Part shown: piece by piece, positions 38,243-48,424 of the stretch
Position numbering within the stretch: position 1 is the stretch's first letter
How the letters are laid out: each line of letters begins with the position of its first letter
Source of the DNA: an uncultured Flavobacteriaceae bacterium
GTDB lineage: Bacteria > Bacteroidota > Bacteroidia > Flavobacteriales > Flavobacteriaceae
Direction of reading: 5' to 3'
DNA: 64,000 bases
Assembly (NCBI GenBank): GCA_964631875.1
Contig: CAZWAN010000004.1
Span: 13,998 to 77,997 of the forward strand
Position numbers and translations under genes: made by a program
Notes under the pieces: generated by a model
Seen by the model: only the letters and a program-made list of their open reading frames with translations
Databases searched by the model: none
What the model was told of the DNA's origin: nothing

Positions 38243-39745
38243 ATGTTAAAAAAAATTATTATAGCGTTAGCTTTGATAGCGATTGGTATTTTCTTGGGTA
38301 AATCGATTTTTGGAAATAAGAAAAAGACGGCACCCTTGCCAACTTCAAATGTGCTTTTTAGACCCGGGCAAACAGGCACTTCGGACTCTATTCATGCAGG
38401 GTATGCACCAGTCGAATTTAAGGGAGAAACATGGGAAGTGAAAAATGGATCAAAAATTCAGGATGCCGTAAGAAAAGCAAAACCGGGTGATTTAATTCGT
38501 GTTTATCCCGGTACTTACTCAGAAACGGTCTATATAGATAAAGATAACATCATTTTTCAAGGAATTATTGAAGAGGGCGAATGGCCTGTTTTAGATGGTA
38601 AAAAGAAATTAAACGATGCATTCTTATATTCCGGTAATGGTATCCAAATTGAAAATTTTAAGATCACCAATTACAAAGGAAACGGGATTATGGGACAGGC
38701 CGGAAATAATTTTGTTATTCGAAATAACTGGATCATCGATACAGGTGTTTATGGTATTTTTCCGCAGTACGGTAAAAATGGTATCGTGGAACATAATGTA
38801 TTATCGGGAATTGAAGATGCTGCCATATACATTGGAATGTGCGATAATATAGATGTAAAACACAACAAGGTTTTTGAGAATGTGGCCGGAATAGAAATTG
38901 AAAACTCCAGACATGCCTTGGTGGAAAATAATTATGCCTACAATAATACGGGCGGGATATTGGCATTTATCACACCGGGGTTGCCAATAAAAACGACTTA
39001 TGACGTAATCATTAGAAATAATTTCGTCATCGATAATAACCATGAAAATTTTGGAGCCCCGGGTTCCATAGTTTCAGGCATTCCCCCTGGCACGGGTATT
39101 TTAGTTATGGCAGCAGATGATGTGATCATCGAGAATAATATCATTTCGGGTAATAACAATGCTGGAATTATCATTACTGATTTTGCGAATGGAGGAGCCA
39201 AAGCCTCTAATGATCCTGATTCTGAACCTAACCCCGATAGAATCACTATTCTCGATAATTTTATGATCAACAATGGCAATGATCCTATTGGTGAATTAAA
39301 AGCATTGATGATGACGAAATTATCCTCGAAAGGTCCGGACATTTTAGCTATTGGAGGAGGTCAGGGGAGTTCAATTCGAGATAAACAGCGCTATCGTACT
39401 TTTGGTTTGGGAGAATTTGAGGAGCCCAGTATAACGAGTACTTCGGACCTTAAAAGTTTTTTGTTAGATCATCCTGTTGAACCAAAGGAAATCACAACTT
39501 TAGAATTGGGTGAAATGACCTATTATGGAATTTGCTCAGGTTGCCATGCTTATGATATTAGGTTGATAGGAGTTCCTGTCAATGCAATTCAGGCAATTTA
39601 TCACAATAATCCTCAAGGAATAGTAGACTATATTACTAAGCCCAAGAAAGTTCGTGATGACTACCCAGAAATGCCTCCACAAGATTATCTTTCTGATGAA
39701 GCTAAAATGGCTGTGGCTCAATATATTCTGACACTCAAAAAATAA
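38243..39745 (+). CDS. membrane-anchored right-handed parallel beta-helix (NosD/PbH1-like) protein fused to a C-terminal class I c-type cytochrome domain
   Basis: N-terminal TM helix. At least 8 PbH1-like repeats (e.g. NNFVIRNNWI, HALVENNYAYNN, DDVIIENNIISGNN). C-terminal CSGCH (nt 39533-39547) with a downstream EMPPQ Met-ligand region. Confidence 0.7.
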   Translation: MLKKIIIALALIAIGIFLGKSIFGNKKKTAPLPTSNVLFRPGQTGTSDSIHAGYAPVEFKGETWEVKNGSKIQDAVRKAKPGDLIRVYPGTYSETVYIDKDNIIFQGIIEEGEWPVLDGKKKLNDAFLYSGNGIQIENFKITNYKGNGIMGQAGNNFVIRNNWIIDTGVYGIFPQYGKNGIVEHNVLSGIEDAAIYIGMCDNIDVKHNKVFENVAGIEIENSRHALVENNYAYNNTGGILAFITPGLPIKTTYDVIIRNNFVIDNNHENFGAPGSIVSGIPPGTGILVMAADDVIIENNIISGNNNAGIIITDFANGGAKASNDPDSEPNPDRITILDNFMINNGNDPIGELKALMMTKLSSKGPDILAIGGGQGSSIRDKQRYRTFGLGEFEEPSITSTSDLKSFLLDHPVEPKEITTLELGEMTYYGICSGCHAYDIRLIGVPVNAIQAIYHNNPQGIVDYITKPKKVRDDYPEMPPQDYLSDEAKMAVAQYILTLKK

Positions 39746-39778
39746 GATAAAAATGTTTTTCCATTTGTATTAAAACAG

Positions 39779-39786
39779 TATCTTTG
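39779..39786 (+). promoter_or_regulatory. Bacteroidota-type -7 promoter element upstream of atpD
   Basis: Exact TAnnTTTG match (TATCTTTG) with a TTTG 11 nt upstream; 78 nt before the atpD ATG. Confidence 0.35.
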
Positions 39787-39851
39787 CACCTCGAAAAACA
39801 GGCACTAAAAAAGCTTTATCGTTTAGTTGTCTGATGGTTAACAAAAATTAA

Positions 39852-41372
<1,521 letters not shown>

Positions 41373-41381
41373 TTCATAGAT

Positions 41382-41660
41382 ATGTTTTTAGAAATAGTAA
41401 CCCCTGAGGCAAGTATATTTAAAGGTGAAGTAGAATCTGTAACCGTTCCCGGTGTAATGGGAGAATTCCAGATGTTAAACAACCACGCACCGATCGTATC
41501 TCTGTTACAGGAAGGAAAAGTGAAAATAAGAGGAAACGCTCAAATTGCAGAAGCTTACCAAAGTAAATTTAGCAAGGGAGACAACGGAGCAATGTTGTTG
41601 CCCATTCAAAGTGGTACAGTTGAATTAAATGATAATAAAATCATTATTCTTGTAGACTAA
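41382..41660 (+). CDS. atpC: F0F1 ATP synthase subunit epsilon (short form)
   Basis: N-terminal beta-sandwich pattern (LEIVTPE...V.VPG..GEF..L..H.P); position directly after atpD. Confidence 0.85.
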   Translation: MFLEIVTPEASIFKGEVESVTVPGVMGEFQMLNNHAPIVSLLQEGKVKIRGNAQIAEAYQSKFSKGDNGAMLLPIQSGTVELNDNKIIILVD

Positions 41661-41679
41661 TTTCACTTCTATAAAATGT

Positions 41680-41711
41680 AAAAAACTCCATCTATTTGAT
41701 GGAGTTTTTTT
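41680..41711. terminator. bidirectional intrinsic terminator
   Basis: ACTCCATC-TATTT-GATGGAGT stem-loop flanked by an A-run and a T-run, between convergent atpC and rseP. Confidence 0.75.
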
Positions 41712-41753
41712 ATGTGAATTATTGGCTTTGTCAGTCTGTAAACTATATTCCCA

Positions 41754-43082
41754 TTAAAATTTTCCGGTAAGCCATTTGTAGATGTCATTTCCGTTTGCGA
41801 AAAGCAAAAGCCCCATCAAAATAACAAAGCCTGTAATTTGCGCATATTCTAAAAACTTATCACTTGGCTTATGGCCTGTGATCATTTCGTATAGAGTAAA
41901 AACCACATGACCACCATCTAAGGCAGGAATAGGTAACAGGTTCATAAATGCCAGCATGATGGATAAAAATGCTGTGATCTCCCAAAATTTTTGCCAGTCC
42001 CATGTTGTAGGGAAAATACTTCCAATAGTGATAAAACCACCCAGACTGGTTGCACCCTTTTTTGTAAAAACGTACTTAAATTGAGAAATATAATCTTTTA
42101 ATGTCCAATAAGCCTTGTCAAAACCAAGCGGTACACTCTCCAAAAAATTATAATCTTTATGACCCGGAGTCACAGAAGTGCTGAAGTCATAATTTACGCC
42201 TATGATTTTATTTTCATTGGGAACCACTTCTACCTCATAAAGGTCTCCATCTCTTTTTAAGGTCATCTTTATAGGTTCAGTCCCATTATGGCTCGCAACC
42301 AGTTTTGTAAATTCAGGCCATGATTCAATCTCCTGATCATTTACTTTTATTATTTCATCGCCGGATTCTATTCCTGCCAACTGGGCAGGACTGTCGGGAG
42401 CTACCTCATTAATAATTGGATCGAAAATAATTTTGAAAGGTTCCATATCTCCACTGGTCCAAATGTGTAAGCCTATGTCCTCCGGAATTTTAATTGATTC
42501 TATACTTCCGTCTAGGTGCTCCACTTCGATGTCATTAATATCTCTCAAAAGTAGATTATGATTTATATTGCTTACATCAAAGGGAACTTCTCCATTTATT
42601 TTTAAAATTTTATCACCATCCTGAAAACCAAAAGATTTAAACTCATCAGTAACAGCAAAACCATTTTTAACGCCATCCGGAGCAATAAAATCATTTCCCC
42701 ACACATTTAAAATCATGGTGTAAATAAAAATACCCAAGAGGAAATTTACGGTTACTCCACCCAACATGATGATCAATCTCTGCCAGGCCGGTTTCGATCG
42801 AAATTCCCAGGGTTGGGGTGGTTTTAACATTTGTTCTTTATCCATGCTCTCATCGATCATTCCGGCGATTTTTACATAACCACCCAAAGGAATCCATCCA
42901 ATTCCATAAACTGTTTCTCCTATTTTCTTCTTAAATAAGGAGAATTTATAATCGAAGAACAGATAAAATTTTTCTACCCGGGTCTTGAAAATTTTAGCAG
43001 GGATAAAATGACCCAATTCGTGTAATACGATCAATAACGATAAACTTAACAGAAATTGAGCAATTTTTATATATGTATCCAT
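41754..43082 (-). CDS. rseP: RIP metalloprotease RseP (site-2 protease, M50)
   Basis: HELGHF zinc motif in the first TM, PDZ region, and C-terminal NLLPIPALDGG motif. Confidence 0.9.
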   Translation of the reverse strand: MDTYIKIAQFLLSLSLLIVLHELGHFIPAKIFKTRVEKFYLFFDYKFSLFKKKIGETVYGIGWIPLGGYVKIAGMIDESMDKEQMLKPPQPWEFRSKPAWQRLIIMLGGVTVNFLLGIFIYTMILNVWGNDFIAPDGVKNGFAVTDEFKSFGFQDGDKILKINGEVPFDVSNINHNLLLRDINDIEVEHLDGSIESIKIPEDIGLHIWTSGDMEPFKIIFDPIINEVAPDSPAQLAGIESGDEIIKVNDQEIESWPEFTKLVASHNGTEPIKMTLKRDGDLYEVEVVPNENKIIGVNYDFSTSVTPGHKDYNFLESVPLGFDKAYWTLKDYISQFKYVFTKKGATSLGGFITIGSIFPTTWDWQKFWEITAFLSIMLAFMNLLPIPALDGGHVVFTLYEMITGHKPSDKFLEYAQITGFVILMGLLLFANGNDIYKWLTGKF

Positions 43083-43186
43083 TTAGAATCTTAAATAGTT
43101 GAAAATCGCACAAATGTAAGGTTTTTCAATTGAAAATGGAGATTAGGTTTTTAGAAAAGTGTGTTAAAACAAAAGCTATTCAGTAT

Positions 43187-45127
43187 TCAGGATTTAATAA
43201 TGGTTTTGTGAAAATTTCCTCTTGAAGTATGGATCATGAGCAAATGGACTCCGGGTTGCAGACTTTCTATATTTATTTTAGACAAGTTATCATCTTTGGT
43301 CATCAATTTTTTTCCAAGGATATTATAAATGGCAATTTTATAAATTTCTGCGGGGCTATGGTTTTTAATGTACAGATTGCTTTGTGCGGGGTTAGGATAG
43401 ATAAAAACTTGGCTTCTCAATACTTCTTCCTCGATCCCAAGTACGGCAGAATTATTCTTTGAAATGATATTTTTTTCAGGATCGATCTGAATTTCTTTAA
43501 TGGCAAAGGGTACATTTATATTGAAATTTTGACCATTCTCAGAAATCTCAAGCCGCAATATTTCGCTTTCACCATTGATCCCCACTATTTTCACCGGCAA
43601 GGGCATTTCGAAAAAGTCTACTGAGGGATGAGATTGAGACTGGTTAGCTGTTATGCTGAGTCTATTTTGGTCATCCTGAAACCAACTGATCTTATACTCA
43701 GGATACCCTTCTCCATAGAACCAATCAGCGAAAAATTCGGTTAAATCAAGGTTACTTTTTTCTTCGAGATGAGCTTTTAGATCGGCAGTTTTGGCATAGC
43801 CAAAAGCAAGTTTTGGGTCGTTCAGATAGGCTCTAATGGCATCAAAAAAAGTTTTATCACCTAATTTGTATCTCAACATATGTAAGACCATGGCTCCTTT
43901 TCTATAAGACAATCTGCCATCAAAAATTCTACTCACAGAGGTGGTATCCGTTACAAAAACAGAGCCGCCCGGATTAGAGGTAATATTATTGATCAAACTT
44001 TGCCGCCAACTCATTGCTGAGGATGCACCGTCTATGTTTTCTAAAGTAATCCCTTCCATAAAAGAAGCAAAACCTTCATTGAGCCAAATATCTTCCCATG
44101 AAGCACAAGTAACTTTATTTCCAAACCATTGATGAGCCAATTCATGAGCAATGATGGATCTGCCCCAGCTTCCCATAAAAGACATGGTGGTGTGCTCCAT
44201 TCCGCCACCCCAACCAAATTCTGCATGTCCGTACTTTTCTTTTGAAAAAGGATAGGGCTCAATCACCTCAGAAAACAGTTTCATTAAGCTCGGTGTTACG
44301 GCAGTTGCGTTTCGCCTGGAGACCTCGTTTTCCGGGTAGACATAGTTTAAAATGTCGTAGGGTTCATCCTCAACTTTATCTGTATAGGTCACGTAATTGG
44401 TAACGGCAATAGCAATCAAGTAGGCCGGTATTGGATATTGGTGTTTCCAATGGGTAATTGTAGAATTAGTTTCTTCCTTAGCTGAAATGAGCAATCCATT
44501 GGAGGCCGCTTTGTAAGCTTTTGGATGTTCGATAAATATATCAATTGAATCGACTTTATCGATAAGATCTTGCTTGCATGGCCACCAACCTTTAGCACCG
44601 TATGGTTCTGATAGGGTCCAAAGTACGGGAATGTTGTTATGTGAATTAATTTCAAAGGAACCAAATCCCGAACTCACCGGATTTCCCCCATAAAAAATAC
44701 TTACAGAATCTTTTTGGTTTTCTTCCAAAATTTCAGGAAGTGTTATCATCAATTCATCAGCACTGTTTTGGCTAAAAGATAAACTAACACCCCTTTGTTT
44801 TATTTCTGAGACGATTAAATTATCATCCAGATCGAAGGTTATTGTATTGAGTGATTCTTTTGCTTTAAAATAGGTAGTTACTTCACCTGATATTTCGGCT
44901 TTAGCGGGATCGACTTTCCAATATAACCTATGGTAATAAATATCGTAGTTACCTGTATGGGGATTAGATTTAAAAGCGATCTTTTTTCCGGCGGCCAGTT
45001 TTTCTTTTACGGTAAGTAGATCGGTATTTTCAAGAACAGATAATTCTTGACCCAGGATCATCTGCGAAAATAAGATTAAAAAACATAAAAGTTTTCTAGG
45101 AATAAGTAAGTAATTTTGTTCTCGCAA
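43187..45127 (-). CDS. M1 family aminopeptidase with T9SS C-terminal sorting domain
   Basis: GGMEHT exopeptidase motif, HELAHQWFGN...WLNEGFA zinc motif, and C-terminal IYPNPAQSNLYI...GVHLLMI CTD. Confidence 0.85.
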   Translation of the reverse strand: MREQNYLLIPRKLLCFLILFSQMILGQELSVLENTDLLTVKEKLAAGKKIAFKSNPHTGNYDIYYHRLYWKVDPAKAEISGEVTTYFKAKESLNTITFDLDDNLIVSEIKQRGVSLSFSQNSADELMITLPEILEENQKDSVSIFYGGNPVSSGFGSFEINSHNNIPVLWTLSEPYGAKGWWPCKQDLIDKVDSIDIFIEHPKAYKAASNGLLISAKEETNSTITHWKHQYPIPAYLIAIAVTNYVTYTDKVEDEPYDILNYVYPENEVSRRNATAVTPSLMKLFSEVIEPYPFSKEKYGHAEFGWGGGMEHTTMSFMGSWGRSIIAHELAHQWFGNKVTCASWEDIWLNEGFASFMEGITLENIDGASSAMSWRQSLINNITSNPGGSVFVTDTTSVSRIFDGRLSYRKGAMVLHMLRYKLGDKTFFDAIRAYLNDPKLAFGYAKTADLKAHLEEKSNLDLTEFFADWFYGEGYPEYKISWFQDDQNRLSITANQSQSHPSVDFFEMPLPVKIVGINGESEILRLEISENGQNFNINVPFAIKEIQIDPEKNIISKNNSAVLGIEEEVLRSQVFIYPNPAQSNLYIKNHSPAEIYKIAIYNILGKKLMTKDDNLSKINIESLQPGVHLLMIHTSRGNFHKTIIKS

Positions 45128-45159
45128 TTGACAGCAATTTTTTTACAAATATAACAAGA

Positions 45160-45840
45160 ATGGATTTAATTAATTTTTTCAAGAAATCGAAGTCAACTTT
45201 GATCTTTTTATTCTTTTTTGCCCTTTTTTTTATTCCTGTTTTATATTTTTTGTCTAAACCAAAAACAGTTTTGCCAATTTACAACCCGGCTGACGTAAAT
45301 CCAAGATTGGTAGATGATCAATTGAAGCACATTACGAAGAACCATAAAATTGCGGATTTTGCCTTGCTGAACCAAAATGGAGATACCATCACTCAGGAAA
45401 ATTTTATGGACAAAATTTATGTAGCCGATTTCTTTTTTACGCGCTGTCAAACAATTTGCCCTGTGATGGCGGTAAATATGTCTGAACTACAAAATTATTT
45501 TATTGATGACCCGGAAGTGAAATTTTTGTCACATTCGGTAACTCCAATTATGGATAGTGTACCTGTATTAAGGGACTATGCCAATAAAAAGGGAGCAATT
45601 GATGGGAAATGGGATTTAACCACAGGAGACAAAAAGCACATTTACAATCTTGCCCGAAAGTCATATTTTGCAGTTTTGGATGAAGGTGATGGCGGAGATC
45701 AGGATTTTATTCATACCGAACAATTTATCTTAGTTGATAAGAAAAGGCAGATCAGAGGTTTCTATGATGGAACCGATAAGAATGAAATGACGCGAATCAT
45801 TAGGGATATTGAGATACTGAAAAAAGAAGAAAAAGAATAA
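45160..45840 (+). CDS. SCO1/SenC family copper chaperone / thiol-disulfide protein
   Basis: N-terminal TM anchor and thioredoxin fold with CQTICP (CxxxC) motif. Confidence 0.8.
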   Translation: MDLINFFKKSKSTLIFLFFFALFFIPVLYFLSKPKTVLPIYNPADVNPRLVDDQLKHITKNHKIADFALLNQNGDTITQENFMDKIYVADFFFTRCQTICPVMAVNMSELQNYFIDDPEVKFLSHSVTPIMDSVPVLRDYANKKGAIDGKWDLTTGDKKHIYNLARKSYFAVLDEGDGGDQDFIHTEQFILVDKKRQIRGFYDGTDKNEMTRIIRDIEILKKEEKE

Positions 45841-45860
45841 AGCATATTTAACTTCCTACT

Positions 45861-45889
45861 GATAAATGTCATTTTAAAAAGGATAATTT
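45861..45889 (+). promoter_or_regulatory. candidate Fur-box-like operator upstream of feoA
   Basis: GATAAATGTCATTTTAAAAAGGATAATTT contains GATAAT-like hexamers in Fur-box-like arrangement. By-eye similarity only. Confidence 0.25.
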
Positions 45890-45929
45890 TCCGTATTTTC
45901 GCAGTATATTTTTAATCAGTCTAAATAAA

Positions 45930-46157
45930 TTGGAATTCAGCATTGCAAATCTTACCGTTGGAGAAAAGGCCTTAATTCAGGAAATGAATTTTGACGCGAT
46001 TCCTTTGCCTTTGCTGGAAATGGGTTGTTTGCCTGGCATCGATGTTGAATTAATACAAATAGCTCCATTAAAGGATCCCTTGTATATTCGGGTAAACGGA
46101 AGTCACTTGGCGATTAGAAAGGAAACTGCACAGAAAATACTTGTTACCAAAATGTAA
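45930..46157 (+). CDS. feoA: ferrous iron transport protein A
   Basis: 75-aa SH3-like FeoA pattern (L..L..GEKA.I........L.EMG..PG....I). Apparent TTG start; directly upstream of feoB. Confidence 0.75.
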   Translation: MEFSIANLTVGEKALIQEMNFDAIPLPLLEMGCLPGIDVELIQIAPLKDPLYIRVNGSHLAIRKETAQKILVTKM

Positions 46158-46162
46158 TTTTT

Positions 46163-48271
46163 ATGGGAAATGTAAAAACCATAAAAGTTGCCCTTGTGGG
46201 TAATCCTAATACAGGTAAAACCTCCCTTTTTAATCAGCTTACAGGTTTAAAACAAAAAGTTGGGAATTACCCCGGGATAACGGTAGAAAAGAAAACAGGT
46301 AAACTAATTCTTAGTGAAGATGTTCATGCTACTATAATAGATCTCCCGGGAACCTACAGTTTGAATCCAAATTCTATTGATGAAAATATAGTTCTAGAAA
46401 CCCTGTTACATACAGCCGATTCTTTGGATGAAGTTGACCTGGTGGTCGTCATAGCCGATATTGAAAACCTCAAAAGGAATTTATTGCTTTTTTCTCAGAT
46501 CAAGGATCTTGAGATCCCTGCAATTCTAGTGGTTAATATGGCAGATGTGATGATAAATAAAGGTATCATTCTTGACGTACCGAAGTTAGAAGAAATGCTT
46601 CAGGCTAAAGTTGTTTTGGTCAGTGCAAGAAAGGGTGATGGGATAGAAAGACTAAAAGAAGAAATTGCCCGGTATGAGCAAGCAGAGATAACTCCTTTTG
46701 CAGATATGGCAGATCGAATTGATACATCTTTTTTTGCGCAACTGAGAAAGGAATTTCCCAAAAAACCCGTTTATCATGCTTGGGTAAAGGTTACACAAAC
46801 CGGAGCTCTTCGTTTAAATAAGGAAGAACAAACCAAAATAGATTCGTTCAAAACCTCCAAAGAATTAATTAAAAAATACCAACATAAAGAAACCGTTTTA
46901 AGGTATCAAAAGATCAATGAAATACTCAAACAAACCTATAAGCAGGATTTAACCAAAGCAAAAGATTTGAGAAGTAAGTTAGATAGGATACTTACACATC
47001 GTATTTTAGGTTATGTTATTTTTGCATTGATCCTTTTTTTGGTATTTCAATCTGTATTTGATTGGGCCAGTTATCCGATGGATTTAATTGATGGCTTTTT
47101 TGCGAACCTAAGTTCATGGGTAAACAGTCATATGCCTGAAGGTATTTTCACCAGTCTGTTGGCAGATGGTATTATTCCGGGCATTGGAGGTATTGTTATC
47201 TTTATTCCCCAAATAGCCATCTTATTTTTGTTTGTCGCCATTTTGGAAGAATCGGGGTATATGAGTCGTGTGGTTTTTTTAATGGATAAAATTATGCGCA
47301 AATTTGGAATGAGCGGCAAAAGTGTTGTACCTCTTATTTCGGGTACTGCTTGTGCGATTCCAGCGATTATGTCTGCCAGAAATATAAACGGATGGAAGGA
47401 ACGGTTAATTACAATTTTGGTAACTCCATTTACTACTTGTTCAGCAAGATTACCTGTTTATGCCATCATTATAGCCTTGGTTGTCCCTTCTAAAAGAGTT
47501 TTTGGTTTTTTTGGTCTGCAAGGGTTAACACTTTTCGCATTGTATCTTCTCGGATTTGCGTCTGCCATTATCACCGGATATTTTTTGCACAAGGTCTTAC
47601 AAGTGAAAGGTCAGAGTTTGTTTCTCATTGAAATGCCCAATTATAAAGTACCCTCAATTAAAAATATTTTCTATACCGTCTACGAAAAAAGTAAAGCTTT
47701 TGTTTTTGGCGCGGGAAAAATTATTTTGGCTATTTCGATCATCTTGTGGTTTTTGGCTTCAAATGGTCCCAGCAATTTCAAAAATGCAGAATTAAACCTT
47801 CAAAAGGAATTGTCCATTTCTCCATCTGATGAAAACTACGAGAATGAATTAGCCTCTTATAAACTTGAAAATAGTTATATCGGTGTCATGGGAAAAGCGA
47901 TTGAGCCTGTTATTGCGCCCTTAGGCTATGATTGGAAAATTGGCATTGCACTTATTTCTTCTTTTGCTGCGCGCGAAGTTTTTGTAGGAACTTTAGCTAC
48001 CATTTACAGTGTAGGCGATCAAGATGAAGAAGTGAGTACCATTAAGCAAAAAATGGCTAAAGAAATAAATCAGGACACCGGTGAAAAAAGGTTTAATCTG
48101 GCAGTGGGTATGTCTTTGTTGGTTTTTTACGCATTCGCCTTGCAATGTATGAGTACCTTGGCTATTGTTAAAAAAGAGACGAATAGCTGGAAATGGCCTC
48201 TTCTTCAGTTATTAGGAATGGGTTTAATTGCCTATGTCACCGCCTGGATCACCTTTCATGTATTAAGCTAA
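46163..48271 (+). CDS. feoB: ferrous iron transporter B
   Basis: N-terminal G-domain (GNPNTGKTSLFN, DLPG, NMAD) followed by a polytopic membrane domain; 702 aa. Confidence 0.95.
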   Translation: MGNVKTIKVALVGNPNTGKTSLFNQLTGLKQKVGNYPGITVEKKTGKLILSEDVHATIIDLPGTYSLNPNSIDENIVLETLLHTADSLDEVDLVVVIADIENLKRNLLLFSQIKDLEIPAILVVNMADVMINKGIILDVPKLEEMLQAKVVLVSARKGDGIERLKEEIARYEQAEITPFADMADRIDTSFFAQLRKEFPKKPVYHAWVKVTQTGALRLNKEEQTKIDSFKTSKELIKKYQHKETVLRYQKINEILKQTYKQDLTKAKDLRSKLDRILTHRILGYVIFALILFLVFQSVFDWASYPMDLIDGFFANLSSWVNSHMPEGIFTSLLADGIIPGIGGIVIFIPQIAILFLFVAILEESGYMSRVVFLMDKIMRKFGMSGKSVVPLISGTACAIPAIMSARNINGWKERLITILVTPFTTCSARLPVYAIIIALVVPSKRVFGFFGLQGLTLFALYLLGFASAIITGYFLHKVLQVKGQSLFLIEMPNYKVPSIKNIFYTVYEKSKAFVFGAGKIILAISIILWFLASNGPSNFKNAELNLQKELSISPSDENYENELASYKLENSYIGVMGKAIEPVIAPLGYDWKIGIALISSFAAREVFVGTLATIYSVGDQDEEVSTIKQKMAKEINQDTGEKRFNLAVGMSLLVFYAFALQCMSTLAIVKKETNSWKWPLLQLLGMGLIAYVTAWITFHVLS

Positions 48272-48390
48272 TGTGGCAAACAATTGTTGCATATGGCCTT
48301 TTAATTGTTGCACTGGGATTTCTGGTTAGAAAGTATTTCTTTAAAACAAACAAAAAAAAGGGTAATTGTGATAAAAATTGCAATTGTTAA
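48271..48390 (+). CDS. FeoB-associated Cys-rich small membrane protein (39 aa)
   Basis: MWQTIVAYGLLIVALGFLVRKYFF is a TM helix, followed by a basic stretch and C-terminal GNCDKNCNC. The start overlaps the feoB stop (TAATG). Confidence 0.65.
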   Translation: MWQTIVAYGLLIVALGFLVRKYFFKTNKKKGNCDKNCNC

Positions 48391-48418
48391 AAACGCCATC
48401 CATAGGATGGCGTTTTTG
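48390..48418. terminator. bidirectional intrinsic terminator
   Basis: CGCCATCC-ATA-GGATGGCG stem-loop flanked by AAAA and TTTTT, between the convergent feo operon and the DUF3857 genes. Confidence 0.8.
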
Positions 48419-48424
48419 GTTTAT

